The notes: generated by a model not told the origin, from the letters alone. Positions 1 through 13,763 are shown, counted from the first letter of the stretch. The stretch is 64,000 bases of DNA from Octopus vulgaris (GCA_951406725.2 OX597827.1:2480001-2544000); one strand, 5' to 3'. Made by a program: numbers and translations.

Positions 1-316
1 TGCGTGCTGCACACGAAGAAAAAAAAAAGCCCAACGGAAACAAATACATGCATTCACAAGATCATGTGTGCATAGGCTCGTGTGAGCATGTATGTATATG
101 TGTGTATAGATACATGCGTAGATAAACGCATGGGTATAAATGTACGTATATACATATATATACTATATACATGAATACACACACACACGCGCATATATAT
201 ATATATATACGTACATATACATGCATACATATATATATATACATATACGTATACACACACACACATATACATGTATAAATATATGTGTATATATATGTGT
301 GTGTGTGTGAGTATAT

Positions 317-394
<78 letters not shown>

Positions 395-496
395 ACACAC
401 ACACATACATACACACAATCTGAAGACTCCACTAAAGAGGACGCAAGCGCTAATATATGATGTTAATAAAAACATGTGACATAATAAATATGTCAC

Positions 497-649
497 AACA
501 AAACTTCTTGAAACACTAAAGATGAACTGAAAACAAGGATTATGGCAGCATTCGCCAGCTTAAACAAGGAAACCGTTCCGAAGAATTGCAAGAGATTCCG
601 AAGTCATCTGGAGGACGTGGTTGAAGCCAATGGCAAATTTATTGAATAA
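497..649 (+). pseudogene. Tc1/mariner-superfamily (maT/DD37D-like) transposase C-terminal remnant
   Basis: Manual translation NKTS*NTKDELKTRIMAAFASLNKETVPKNCKRFRSHLEDVVEANGKFIE* matches the typical Tc1/maT C-terminus (...RLEAVVEANG.FIE*); one in-frame stop. Confidence 0.85.
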
Positions 650-781
650 ATTTACTATTTCGTATTTCAAGACATTTTTATATAATTTTGGTAAATATAC
701 ATGCTAAAATGAGAGGTCAGTGATATGTCTATATGTGCATAATTTAGACGATAGTGCGGTAAATATATATATTCACAGCAC

Positions 782-899
<118 letters not shown>

Positions 900-904
900 T
901 ATAC

Positions 905-935
<31 letters not shown>

Positions 936-1276
936 AATACATATATATACATACATATATATATATATGTATATATATATATGCATACATACATATATAT
1001 ATATGTATACATGTATTGGTGCATATATGCACGCATAGATACATATGTACACACGCACATATGTATAGCTGAAGCGCTGGCAACGTGTTTTAGCTGACAG
1101 AATCTCTGCACGTTGTTCTATTCTGGGGTTTTCTTAGATGTAAGCTAATCACAAGAGTGTGAGTCTTTTAGTAAACACACATGTTTATCGATTTCCTTTT
1201 ACTAGTTAAAGCGAAATGAACATGGTTTAAACACGAAGTCTACTTTGCTTCTCTTAAAATGTGTTTGGGAACATTT

Positions 1277-1412
1277 TGGACATGGCTCTGTGGTTAAGCT
1301 CACTTTGCAAGCTACATCATTGCAGGTTCAGTTCTACTGTGCTTAGCCAAGTGGCTTCTACAAATGCTTTATGAGTCAATTTGATAAACGGAAACTGTAT
1401 GGAAGCCCATCG
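1277..1412 (+). mobile_element. SINE family A, degenerate 5' half
   Basis: catggctctgtggttaag...caggttcagttctactg...acggaaactg...gaagcccatcg resembles the family A head. Confidence 0.65.
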
Positions 1413-1491
1413 TATATATGCGCGTGTGTGTGTTGTGTGTGTCTGTGTGTGCGCGCGTGCATATATTCATATATATATATATATTAATATT

Positions 1492-1550
<59 letters not shown>

Positions 1551-1562
1551 ATATATATTATT

Positions 1563-1602
<40 letters not shown>

Positions 1603-2080
1603 AATAGAGATAGATAGATAAAAACACATAGACAGACAAACAGACAGACAGATAGATAGGTGTGGTGTGGTGTGTGTGTATCTACATAAATTTTTACATG
1701 GTAAAGATTAAGAGTCACTTCAAAGATTTTCTTATTAGCTGTCATTTGTCAGTCTGAAAACGGCGGGTAAACTTCGAAATCACTCATCTCTTTGCAAAGT
1801 AAGTTTGCAAAAACTAACATAGATGCGACTAAAAGGTACTGAATTGAGGGACTGTTCAACTGAATTTATTAAATTGATTTTTTATATATAACTTCATATA
1901 AAAACAACCATTTATATTACCGATGTCATATACACATAATGTATGTGTTTCGTTTATGTGTTTATTGGCTGCAGGATTTGTCGGAGGAAATGTCCCTTTG
2001 AGACGTCTAGTGTTAAAAAATACTAAATACCTTAAAGCAGACGAAACAAATCACCCATTGTATGAAGGAGGACAGTGGAT

Positions 2081-2115
2081 ATGAATATTTCGCTGCAATT
2101 TCAGCTCATCAGCAT
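2081..2115 (-). ncRNA. Minimal type I hammerhead ribozyme, canonical core (Penelope-like)
   Basis: Minus strand AUG-CUGAUGA-GCUG(AAAUUG)CAGC-GAA-AUAU-U-CAU: stem I AUG/CAU, intact core, 4-bp stem II, palindromic minimal stem III, AUU triplet; TATATAA about 50 nt upstream on the same strand. Confidence 0.75.
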
Positions 2116-2184
2116 CATTGACTCGAGTCACATCGAAATAAATTCTAATCGCCGGTCTGAGGTGTTTATATATAAATGTGTGTA

Positions 2185-2264
<80 letters not shown>

Positions 2265-2279
2265 TGCATATATATTCGT

Positions 2280-2440
2280 GCAGGCGTGGCTGAGTGGTAA
2301 GAAGTTTGCTTTCCAACCACATGGCTCCGAGTTCAGTCCCTCTGCGTGACACCTTGGGTAAGAGCCTTCTACTATAGCTTTAGGCCAGCCACAACCTTGA
2401 GAGTGGATTTAGTTGACGAAAACTGAAAGAAGCCAGTCGT
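2280..2440 (+). mobile_element. SINE family A, 5' half
   Basis: gcaggcgtggctgagtggtaag (A-box), gagttcagtccc (B-box-like), ccttgggtaag, aaactgaaagaagcc. Confidence 0.85.
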
Positions 2441-2457
2441 AAATGAGTGTGTGTGTG

Positions 2458-2510
<53 letters not shown>

Positions 2511-2613
2511 CAAGCAGAACGCTTGTGTAGGAGGATATAAGAATGTCACCGATAAGGATTACGGAATAAGGTAAAACAAGTAAAAAAAAAAACAATCGGA
2601 ATGGAATGAGTTG

Positions 2614-2654
2614 CACCTGAAGAAGGCTGGAATGTACAACAGACGAAATATAAC
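2614..2654 (+). ncRNA. Degenerate Penelope-type hammerhead motif
   Basis: CAC-CTGAAGA-A-GGCTG..CAGAC-GAAATAT; core intact, stem II mismatched, stem I lost. Confidence 0.45.
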
Positions 2655-3709
2655 CAAACTGAGGACACTAGTCTGAACATATCGGTCTATAAGATTGTTC
2701 ATTCTTCATCTCAGGAATTCAGACAAAACGCTGTGTAGTCTTTCTTTTTTATTTCTTCTTCTTTTGTTTTTAATTAATAAAGGTGGTATTGTAAAATAAA
2801 GATTTTTTTTTCTTTTATTTTCGTTTTGTTTTCGCAGCTTCTTCACGATGACGACCACGAGCACCACCACCGCCACCACCACCACCACCTCTACCACCGC
2901 AACTGCTAGTATCATCATCATCATATTTTTGTTCTTTTTCGTTGTTATTTTCTCGTTTTTTTTATAAATATTTTTCACCTTGCAGCTAGTCTGTAATATT
3001 CCAATGTAAACTTGGTGCCATATGTTGTCCAGTAATCCAAAGATGATGAAGAACACTTATTCCCAGACACAATTGATTACAACCGAAATCTTTCGAAGGA
3101 ATGGTAAAAACCTGCTGTTGCCGTGACCCTCCCGCATTCTCTCCCACTCCCCCTTGTATCTCTCTTATTCCTCTCTCTCTCTCTTTCTTTCTCTCTCTGT
3201 ATGTGTATATATATATACATGCATACATACATATATATATATATATGCATAATATATACCGTATACATACGTACACACACACATACACACACAAACACAC
3301 ACACACACACAAACACACACACACCACACACATATATATATATATAGTATATGTATGTATGCTCACATATATATGATACTCATACAAGCGTATGTGCACA
3401 TATATATGTATACCTATATGTATATACGAATGTATATATCTATATATATAGATATGTAGTATGTATGTATGTATATATGTATATATGCATGTATGTATCC
3501 ATGTATGTATATATGTCTGTATGTATATACGTCTGTCTGTTTGTATGCATGCATGTGTGTGTATGTGTGTGCGCGCGCTTGTGTATGTGTGTGTGTGCGT
3601 GTGTGTGTGTGTGTGTGTGTATGTGTGTGTGTGTGTGTGTGTATCCACGAGATGAAGAGATTGTCTTAGACTTACAACTTGTATTGATTTTTCACTCAGA
3701 TACTTTAGG

Positions 3710-4453
3710 CCAGATGCTGGGATTGTTCGGTGTTCGTTTCTTCACGTCCACCTCTCTCACCCCACCCCCGCTCTATCTCTTATCCCGCCACACACACACA
3801 CACACACACACCCATCATTGCTGCCGCCACCACCACCACCATCACCGACACCGCCATCGTCACTACCATCACTGCAACAAACCATTCCCCTCTTCATTTT
3901 CCGAAACCATTCGTAACGTTGTTTGTGTCTTGATTGTTTGTTGGATACTAATTTCTTGCAAAGAGTAAAATTGGGAAAAAGCAGAAATAAGAAGACAAAC
4001 AAAAAAAAAAGAAAGAAAAAAGAAAATTAAAATTATCAAAAAAAGTAGAATATAAAAAATTATGCATTCATTTTGTCTAGTGGGATGTGAAAATGTGGTT
4101 GTTGTTGTGGTAGTTGTGGTGGTGGTGGTGGTGATGGTGGTTGAGGTGGTGGTAGTGGTGGTGGTTGAGGTGGTGGTGGTTGTGGTTATGGTGGTGGTGG
4201 TTGTGGTGGTTATGGTGGTGGTGGTGGTGGTGGTGGTGGTTGAGGTGGTTGGTGGTAGTGGTGGTGGTGGTGGTGGTTGAGGTGGTTGGTGGTAGTGGTG
4301 GTGGTGGTGGTGGTTGTGGTGGTTGTGTTGATGGTGGTGGTGGTTGTAACAGCAATGATAGGTGTGTGTGTGTGGTGGGATGAGAGATAGAGCGGGGGTG
4401 GTGTGAGAAAGGTGGACGTGAAGAAACAAACACCGAACAATCCCAGTATCTGG
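3710..4453. repeat. Inverted duplication of about 130 bp (3710-3840 vs 4330-4453)
   Basis: ccagatgctgggattgttcggtgttcgtttcttcacgtccacc...cccccgctctatctct recurs as reverse complement ending ...caccgaacaatcccagtatctgg. Confidence 0.9.
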
Positions 4454-4506
4454 TTGGTGGTAGGAGTGGTGAGAGTGGTGGTGGTGGTGATGCTGATGAC
4501 GATGGC

Positions 4507-4542
<36 letters not shown>

Positions 4543-4872
4543 AGTGATGACGGCGATGATAGTGATGACAATGATGATGATGACAATGACCATGACAGTG
4601 ATGACGGTGACGATGACAGTGGTTGTGATGGTGGTGACGACGACGATGATGATGACGACGATGATGATGGTGATGATTGTGATGGTGATGGTGATGGTGA
4701 TGATGATGATGATGATGGTGATGAGAAGGATGATGGTGATGGTGATGGTGATGATGATGATGGTGATGATTGTGATGGTGATGGTGATGGTGATGATGAT
4801 GATGGTGATGAGAAGGATGATTGTGATGGTGATGGTGATGATGATGATGATGATAGTGGTAGTGGTGGTGGT
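4095..4872. repeat. Compound (GGT)n/(GAT)n trinucleotide microsatellite
   Basis: Direct inspection. Confidence 0.95.
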
Positions 4873-5200
4873 ACTTCTGCTGGCGGTACTCTGATAGAGA
4901 TAATGTTTAATTTGGAAAACATATAATTCTGAAGGATATCTATAGAAGCATTCCCCACTTAAACTCCTTTCCATAATTCCCTACAACTGTAACCTTTTCC
5001 ATCCTTATCTCCCACTCCCTCTCTCCTTCTCTCTGTCTCTCCCTCTCTCCTTCTCTCCCTCTCCACCTCTCTACCCCTTCTACCTCTCTTTTTCGATTTC
5101 TCTCACATCATCTCTCTTACACTCACTTTCTTTCACACATTCTCTCTGTCTTTACCGTTCTCATTTTCTTTATTTTTCTCATATTTTCCTGCCTTTCACT

Positions 5201-5234
<34 letters not shown>

Positions 5235-5314
5235 CTATTTATCTATCTATCTACATCTCTCTCTCTCTCTCTCTCTATCTCTCTCGCTCGCTCTCTCTCT
5301 ATCTCTCTCGCTCG

Positions 5315-5375
<61 letters not shown>

Positions 5376-6001
5376 ACTAGTTATGTCTCTTATTTTCTCT
5401 GTATATCTCTCATTAATTTTATATTTTATCTTGTCTCTTCCATTCTTTCTACCACTCACTCAGTCTGACTACCCACCTCTCTCTCTCCCTCTATCTTTGT
5501 CTTTCTTATTTTCTCTATTACTCCTCTTTGTTTCACCCTGTCTATCTTTCTGTCATTCACTCACTCCTATTTCTCTTCCTTATTTTCTCTTTCTCTCTCA
5601 TGTTTCTTCTCTTCCTCCCCATCTCTGTCTTTCTCGTTTTCTGTCCCAAACACTTTCCATCACACACACACACACACATACACACACACACACACACTCA
5701 CATATACTCTCCTCTCTCCTTCTCTCTCCCCCGCTTCTTCCTCATCCATATATATTAAAAGCTGCCTGTCTCCTAAACATTTCATGGAGTCTACATAAGC
5801 TGTTTGTTCTTAGATTCTTTTTTTTTCCTGTTGAAAATATTTTAAAGTTTTAAGGTTGATGCTGTTAATGTTGCTGCCTCAACAAAAAAAAATTGAACAG
5901 GTGTATATGGGAAGGGGTGGGGGAAATATCCATTAACTTTAATAGAAGAAATTCAGCCAAATACGACAAAGAAAATTAAATCAAAATCAATTATATATAT
6001 A

Positions 6002-6147
6002 GGCATAGGCGTGGCTGTGTGGTAAGAAGCTTGCTTCCCAACCACATGGTTCCGGGTTCAGTCCCACTGCGTTGTGAGTGGATATGGTAGACGGAAACTG
6101 AAAGAAGACCGTCATATATACATACATATACATATACACACACACAC

Positions 6148-6241
<94 letters not shown>

Positions 6242-6432
6242 ATATCTATAACTGCGCATCTTTGAGTTTGTATTTGTCTCCTACCATCGCTTGACCATCG
6301 GTGATGGTTTGTCCTTATTATCTAGTGGTTCCGCATAAAGAGAACGTTAAAATAAGTTCCAGACCTAACAAAAGATTAGTTCTGGGGTCGAATTTCTTCG
6401 ACTAAACCCTTAACGGTGCTGCCTAGCATGGC
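6002..6432 (+). mobile_element. SINE family A with internal deletion and central (TA)/(TG) tract
   Basis: Head ggcataggcgtggctgtgtggtaag, tail ...ggggtcgaatttcttcgactaaaccc...agcatggcc. Confidence 0.85.
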
Positions 6433-6479
6433 CAGGTTTTCTTTTTAAAGCAACCATTACCATAATGACTTTAGCAGGG

Positions 6480-7020
6480 TAGGAACTCAGAACGTAGAGG
6501 ACTAGTAGAAATACCACAAGGCATTTTCTTCGACGATTGTAACGATTGTTCCAATTCGCTGCCTCTATGTACTTTTATTTTTATCTTTTACTTGTTTCGG
6601 TCATTGGACTGCAGCCATTGCGGGGCACTATCTTGAAAGGTTTAGTCGAACAAATCGACTAGCCACTCAGTTACGGGGACGTAAACAAACCAACACTAGT
6701 TCGTCAGATGGTGGTGGTGGTGATGGGTTAGGAATATAAATCCAAAGACCCAAACACACGCACCCCTACACACACATGCACACACACGCACGCACACACA
6801 CACGCGACGCTAAACAATTTCACAAAACGTTGGTTCCAAATTTTGGCACAAGACCAGCAGTTCCGGGAGAAAGGTCTAAGTCGGTTTCATCGACCCCAGT
6901 GCTCAACTTGTACTTATTGTATCGACTTCAGTGGAATTTGAACTTAGAACGTGCAGACGGACGGAATGCCACCTAATATTTTGCCCGGCGTGCTAACGAT
7001 TCTGCCAACTCACCGCCTTG
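6480..7020 (-). mobile_element. Cluster of degenerate SINE fragments (family B head, family A tail, family B copy 6835-7020)
   Basis: gaactcagaacg, tttacttgtttcggtcattggactgc, ttgcccggcgtgctaacgattctgccaactcaccgcc. Confidence 0.75.
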
Positions 7021-7660
7021 TGAATTCATAGAATACTAGGAAAACACAAGGAAAACAAAAACCTACCAACAACAACAACAACAGCAACAACAATGGGAGT
7101 AGCAGTAGCAGCAATAACAACAACGTGGTTAACAAAACAAGAAATAAGGCAAGATGAATTAAAAACTTTGGTTTCATAATAAAAGAAGAAATTAAAACAA
7201 ACGAAATTAAAGAAAAAATAAAGAAAGAAAAATGAAATAAATATATAAATAAACCCGTGTTTTCGAACCTTGATTACTTAAGATGATTGAATATAATCCG
7301 AGTTTTAATTTTCAAAAAGAAGATGTTATTGAGTGAAATATGGAGACCTGAATAATGTTATTATGAAAAGACCAAAACCGGTTCATTATCGTAATGACGG
7401 CTTTTAAGAAGCTTTTAAATGGGATCGGGTTTTGGTTTTAAAAAAAATGTGGTTTTGGGTTGGGTTCGAGTCTTTCCTTGTCCGTCGTTGTTGTTGTTGC
7501 CTGTCCATGCTGTTAGTATTGTTGTTGTTTATTGTTTCTGTTCTCGTTGTTGTGGTTGTTGGTGTCGCTGTTATTGCTTTATTGTTTTTTTGCTTTGTTG
7601 TTATTGTTGTCGCTGCTGTAGTTGTGGTCGTCACCGTCGCTGTTCTTGTTGTTGTTGTTG

Positions 7661-8158
7661 GTGGTGGTGGTGGTGATGGTGATGGTGGTGGTGGCGATGG
7701 TGGTGGTGATGGTGGCGGTGGTGGTGGCGATGGTGGTGGTGATGGTGGCGGTGGTGGTGGCGATGGTGGTGGTGATGGTGGCGGTGGTGGTGGCGATGGT
7801 GGTGGTGGTGGTGGTGGTGGTGGTGGTGGTGGTGGTGGTGGTGGTGGTGGTGGTGATGGTGGTGGTGGTGGTGGTTGTGGTGGTGGTGGTGGTGGTGGTG
7901 GCGATGGTGGTGGTGGTGGTGGTGGTGGCGGTGGTGGTGGCGGTGGTGGTGGTGGTGGTGGTGGTGGTGGTGGTGGTGGTGGTGGTGGTGGTGGTGGTGG
8001 TGGTGGTGGTGGTGATGGTGGTGGTGGTTGTGGTGGTGGTGGTGGTGGTGGTGGCGGTGGTGGTGGTGGTGGTGGTGGTGGTGGTGGTGGTGGTGGTGGT
8101 GGTGGTGGTGGTGGTGGTGGTGGTGGTGGTTGTGGTGGTGGTGGTGGTGGTGGTGGTG
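7661..8158. repeat. About 500-bp (GGT)n microsatellite
   Basis: Direct inspection; source of the poly-Pro/Gly/Thr/Val ORFs. Confidence 0.97.
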
Positions 8159-8216
8159 TTCTCGCTTTCGTTGTTGTTTTTGTAGTCATGGTCGTCGTTA
8201 TTTTCCCCTATTGTTA

Positions 8217-8442
8217 AATATATTTCTTTATTGCCCACAAGGAGCTAAACACAGAGGGGACAAACAAGTAAAGACAAAGGGATTAAGTCGATTGTATCGA
8301 CCCTAGTGCGTAACTGGTACTTAATTTATCGACCCCGAAAGGATGAAAGGCAAAGTCGACCTCGGCAGAATTTGAACTCAGAACGTAGCGGCAGACGAAA
8401 TACCGCTAAGCATTTCACCCAGCGTGCTAACGATTCTGCCAG
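8217..8442 (-). mobile_element. SINE family B with 14-bp TSD
   Basis: Body ...atcgaccccgaaaggatgaaaggcaaagtcgacctcggcagaatttgaactcagaacg...; TSD ttcccctattgtta at 8203-8216 and 8443-8456. Confidence 0.92.
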
Positions 8443-8458
8443 TTCCCCTATTGTTATA

Positions 8459-9433
8459 GGGGCAGGAGTGACAGTGTGGTAAGTAGCTTGCTTACCAAGC
8501 ACATGGTTCCGGGTTCAGTCCCACTCCGCGTGGCACCTTGGGCAAGTGTCTTCTACTATAGCCTCGGGCCGACAGAAACCTTGTGAGTGGAAAATGGTAG
8601 ACGGAAACTGAAAGAAGCTTGTCGTATATATGTATATGTATATACGAGCAAAACACCCGCATCTCACGTCCAATGGACGGTGCTGAGTTGTCAAACATTT
8701 AAACCAAATTTTCTCAAAACAACTTGTCCGACCGTCCCATAGGCCTCCCCTTTGAGAAACACTGATTTAACCTAAATTTGAGACACCAGCAAAAGAAGAA
8801 ATAAAGATAGCCTTTTTTCTATTCCAAAGAAAAACGATTTTATTCACACAAATATGCAACCGAAGAGTTTAAAGTACCAGTAATGATTAGGCTGTTGACT
8901 TGGAGAACACAAACATGGTTTAAATAGTAAGCTTGGCAGGAAAGAAATGTGCCTTTAAGCAGTACAAAAACAACAAAAAAATGAAAGCTGGAGTTAAGTA
9001 CAGGTTGACGAAAGAAAAGCAGGACAAAAACGGCTCTATCGATCGCATTCTCACCTGGAATCGATTTTTGCAATTTTTTCAAGACTTATACACTCCCTGA
9101 TACCGGTATCTACATATCAAATTTGAGCGCAATCGGATGGAGGATGCCCGAGATCCGAGAAGACACACAGACAGACGGAATGGATTTTATATAAGAGATA
9201 TATCTGTATGTGTGTGTTTGTGTTTGTGTTTCTGTGTTTGTCCCCCCCAACATCGCTTGACAACCGATGCTGGTGTGTTAACGTCCCTGTAACTTAGCGG
9301 TTCGGCATGACAGACCGATAGAGTAAGTACTAGACTTACAAAGAATAAGTCCTGGGGTCGATTTGCTCGACTAAAGGCGGTGCTCCAGCACGGCCACAGT
9401 CAAATGACTGAAACAAATAAAAGAATAAAAGAA
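8459..9433 (+). mobile_element. Full-length SINE family A, interrupted in its central microsatellite by a Helitron
   Basis: Head 8459-8626, tail about 9200-9433 ending gcggtgctccagc..cagtcaaatgactgaaacaaataaaagaa. Confidence 0.92.
8645..9198 (-). mobile_element. Non-autonomous Helitron-like element, family H1, long form
   Basis: Minus strand starts A|TC, ends with hairpin CCGTCCATTGGACG and CTCG|T, no TSD; homologous to 24940-25319. Confidence 0.8.
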
Positions 9434-9685
9434 TATTGTCGTTGTTGTTGTAGTTGTTATTCTCGTCGGTGCCGTTATTGTTTTTGCTGTTGCTGTATAT
9501 GTTGTTATTGCTTTTGTTGTTTTTGTTGCTACTAATGCTGCTGCTGCTTTTGTTGTTGTTGTTGTTGTTGACGTTGTTATCCTTATCGTCATCGCCGTCG
9601 TTGTTATAATTGTTCTGCCCGCTTCCGTGTGATCCCATTAATATGGATAGCGTTTCATTGTCACTTAAGGTAACGCAGGGTCTTC

Positions 9686-10035
9686 CACATTCACCGAATT
9701 CTATGCTGGGAAATGATTTGATCTCGGTTAGAATTAAGGTGAAGGGTAGGTTTAGGGTTAGGGTTAAGTCTTAGGATTTAGAATTTAGAGTAAGGGTTAG
9801 AGTTGGAGTTTTGAGTAACGATTAGGCTTTAGGATTTGGGTTAGTTTTAGGGTTGGATTAAAGTTTAGAGAAAGGATTAGGGTTTATGATTAGAGTTAGT
9901 TTTAGTGTTTGGGTTAGAGTCTAGAATAAAGTTTAATGTTTAGGATTTGGGTTAGTTTTAAGGCTTGGGTTACAGTTTAGAGTAGGGATTAGAGTTAGTT
10001 TTACCACTAAATTAGGGGTGCCACAGGTGAATACG
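9686..10035 (+). repeat. Element containing a degenerate TTAGGG-like hexamer array (about 9730-10000)
   Basis: tttagggttagggttaag, taagggttagagtt, ttttagggttgg; possible short terminal IR cattcacc/ggtgaata. Confidence 0.7.
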
Positions 10036-10064
10036 ATGTGTGTGTGTGTGTGTGTGTGTACATA

Positions 10065-10159
10065 CCCTACTTACTCGTGTGTAGATCGCATATTATATTA
10101 GATCTTAACTGAAAAGATGAAAAAAATTGGGGTGCGATTGATAGCACGAATAAATACGG
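10065..10159. mobile_element. pogo/Tc2-like MITE with TA TSD
   Basis: Left TA|ccctacttactcgtg..atcgca matches the reverse complement of right tgcgat..cacgaataaatacgg|TA. Confidence 0.7.
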
Positions 10160-10679
10160 TAATTACAATACAGAAAACAGAAAACTCTGTAAAATGCATT
10201 CGTGGGTCAATGGATCGTGTTAACACGAGCGACGGATGAACTCCACCACTCAAACACAATGTAGACATTTCCACCGACTTTCACATTGCGTCTTCTATCA
10301 AAATTCACTTCAGACGTGTTTTGGCTGACGCGAGTCTGCGGTAAAATACACATATGCCGAGCAGTAGGATTGAACGCGGAATAAGTTAAGAGCAAAGGGC
10401 AAGCCTCAGCCATAAAGCCAGGTCTATGGCATATCATCAATTATGTCGCAAATATCTTGAGAAAATAAATCTGAATACCACCAAACGATACAAGTATCGT
10501 TTTTGCCTATAGATTTAAGGCTGCCGGTGGTCAATCAAAAAAATCGATATATTTTCGATATATAAATTTTTAATGGTTATCTTCATAAATTTGTTTCTAC
10601 TATAAAACACTCCTTAATATCTATTCTGTTCATCACTCCCTTACTGACTCATTCACTCACTCATTCCACACTCTCTTCT

Positions 10680-10755
<76 letters not shown>

Positions 10756-10929
10756 CATATATATATACATATATACACGTATATATGTATGTATGTATGT
10801 ATGTATGTGAGCACCTATGAACAGAGGAATAAATAAATAGATAGATAGAAAGATATGATATTAATAAAATATTTTGAATTTTTTTATTTAGTAAGCAATA
10901 TATGTGTGTATATAGCAACATATATGTAT

Positions 10930-10960
<31 letters not shown>

Positions 10961-11477
10961 ACAAGTATGTATATATACATATACACACACGATCAAACAC
11001 ACACACACACACACTCACATACACCCACATACATATTTATATATATATATACACATATATAAATATAAATACATATACATATCTCTGTGTTAGTGTGCTA
11101 GTGTGTGTGTGTGTGAGTGTGTGCACATATTAATACTCGTTTGTGTTTGTGTGTAGGCGTATATACGTACACGTGTACGTATATAAATATATATATGAAT
11201 CTACATGCACACACACACACAAACACACACACAAAGAAACACACATAAACACATATAAACATATATAAATATATATATATATATATTATATATATATATA
11301 TACACACACACATACATATATATATATACACACACATACATATATATATATATATACACACATACATACATATATATATATCTATATTTATATATATTCA
11401 TAAATGTATATATGTGTGTGTATGTGTGTTGTATGTATATATATATATGTATATTCACAGATGTACGTATATCTATC

Positions 11478-11508
<31 letters not shown>

Positions 11509-11511
11509 ATA

Positions 11512-11603
<92 letters not shown>

Positions 11604-12221
11604 TATACATACAAACATATATATACACACACACATACACAAATATATATATATATACATTGATGTCATTTGACAACCGCTAACATTTAGTTCCCCAGCA
11701 CCACCACCACCACCACCATCGCCACTACCACCATCACCACCACCACCACCGCCACCACCAACAACCGCAACAACAACGACGACAGTATTGATTCATCGGA
11801 TGTTTTGCCCTTTCTAACATCATTGGTCTTTGTGTGTTTTGATTGGTTCCTTTCTTTTTACGTCCATTTATTTTCTATAGAAAACAATTCATAATAGAAT
11901 GATAGATGTTTTAACAGCTTGAGTTTATTTTGTCATGGAAAGGTCTTATCCAAGTCAAACATCAGCCATAATTCAACATCTCCTACAGTATGTTTGGGTT
12001 TATATTGCTGCGTGTGTATGTGTGTGTGCGTGTGTGTGTGTGTGTGTATATGAGTGTATATCTGTGAGTATTTGTTTGTCAGCGAATGCGTGTGTTATAT
12101 ATAGGTATGTGTATATATGCATGTGCGCTTACATATAGATCTATGTATATACTTAAGTGTATATATGTGTGTGTATGTATTTACGTATATATATATATAC
12201 ATGTAGTTTGTATAATGCATA

Positions 12222-12255
<34 letters not shown>

Positions 12256-12278
12256 AAGAGAGAGAGAGAGGGAGATAA

Positions 12279-12310
<32 letters not shown>

Positions 12311-12640
12311 ATGTATATGTGTGTTTATGTATATACTTATGTATACCTATGCATATATGTGTGTGTTTATATATATATGTGTGTGTGTGTGTGTTTGTAT
12401 ATATACACACATATTTACATAGATATGTACATGTATATTTAGATATTTGCACGCGCGCGCACCCACGTAAATGCACACGTGAACACCCACCCACTCCTCC
12501 AACCCACACACATTTGAAACCAAATTTGAAACCTATCTAGTGGTAGATAGGTCGATGTATGTACACATCTACAACTACATACACACCTATATACTTCATA
12601 CACACACACACATACACACATATATATTCGCGTGCGCATG

Positions 12641-12688
<48 letters not shown>

Positions 12689-13716
12689 TAAACATAAATA
12701 TGTATCTCTATCAGTGTTTGCGTGCGTGTGTGCGCGCGCACATCTGTTTATTTGGACACATATGGAAATATGCATGTATGTAAATATCTATTTATCTCCA
12801 TCTATGTTTATCTCTTTATCTGTGTATCAACGTATGTTTAGAGTTATTTTGTATTGAAAGCGGAACTGTGTACTACTACTTTGATTTTCATTTTTAAGGC
12901 TTTCTTTTATTTTCTCAAGTGTTCCTTACAGTTTAATAGGAAAACGAAAATTAGCGAATCCATTAAAAAGTTTCTGGACTTTCCTTGCCTCATCTTCAGG
13001 TTGGTGTGTATTGCTGTCACCACTTAGAGTATATAGGTTAGATAGTATTAATTTAGACCTCAACACAAGAATCTAAAATTCTGGCCATTCGGGGGACCGT
13101 TTACCTTAGTTTATACGTCATCAGCCATGCTAAAAAGTGATACAAAACTTTATAAACAAAGACAAATCCAACACACTGGTGTGTTGTCAACGCATGCCAA
13201 GTAAAATAGTGTGTCTCCATATATATACTTGCACATACATGGTCGTACAAAGAAAGAAAGCAAATCGACATCGAGAAATTTTGAAATGAGAACTCAGAGA
13301 ATCCTTTATAGATGTAAATAATTACACTTCATCCTATTGGTGCGACTGTACTCACATAGTTCCGAAATTTTTGTGAGATACGAGATTGGTTTCTTATATA
13401 TCATAACACAACAGGTGAGAATTAATAAATATATTTGTATAAAACTCGGTGAGGGCGATTTCGGTGGGGAGTTAAACATTTGTGATTGATGAGTTCCTGT
13501 CTCCGAGAAAAAAAAAATGATTAACTCTTCTACACCCCACCCCCACAGAGGCACACACACGTATGTATGTATGTATGTATGTATGTATGCATGTATGTAT
13601 GTATGTATGTATGTATGTATGTATGTATGTATGTATGTATATTATGTATGTGCGTGCGTGTGAGTATGCGCGTGTGTATTATATATTACATATAATATAC
13701 ATATATATATATATAT

Positions 13717-13758
<42 letters not shown>

Positions 13759-13763
<5 letters not shown>

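Noticed and set aside
2986-3112. Possible plus-strand exon after ttgcag
   Set aside because: Stops in all three frames soon after the acceptor; product unrecognisable
7404-8238. Long poly-Pro/Gly/Thr/Val ORFs (formin- or extensin-like appearance)
   Set aside because: Pure (GGT)n microsatellite, open in most frames, no codon diversity and no domain
10207-10440. 77-aa ORF in unique sequence
   Set aside because: No recognisable motif or convincing splice signals
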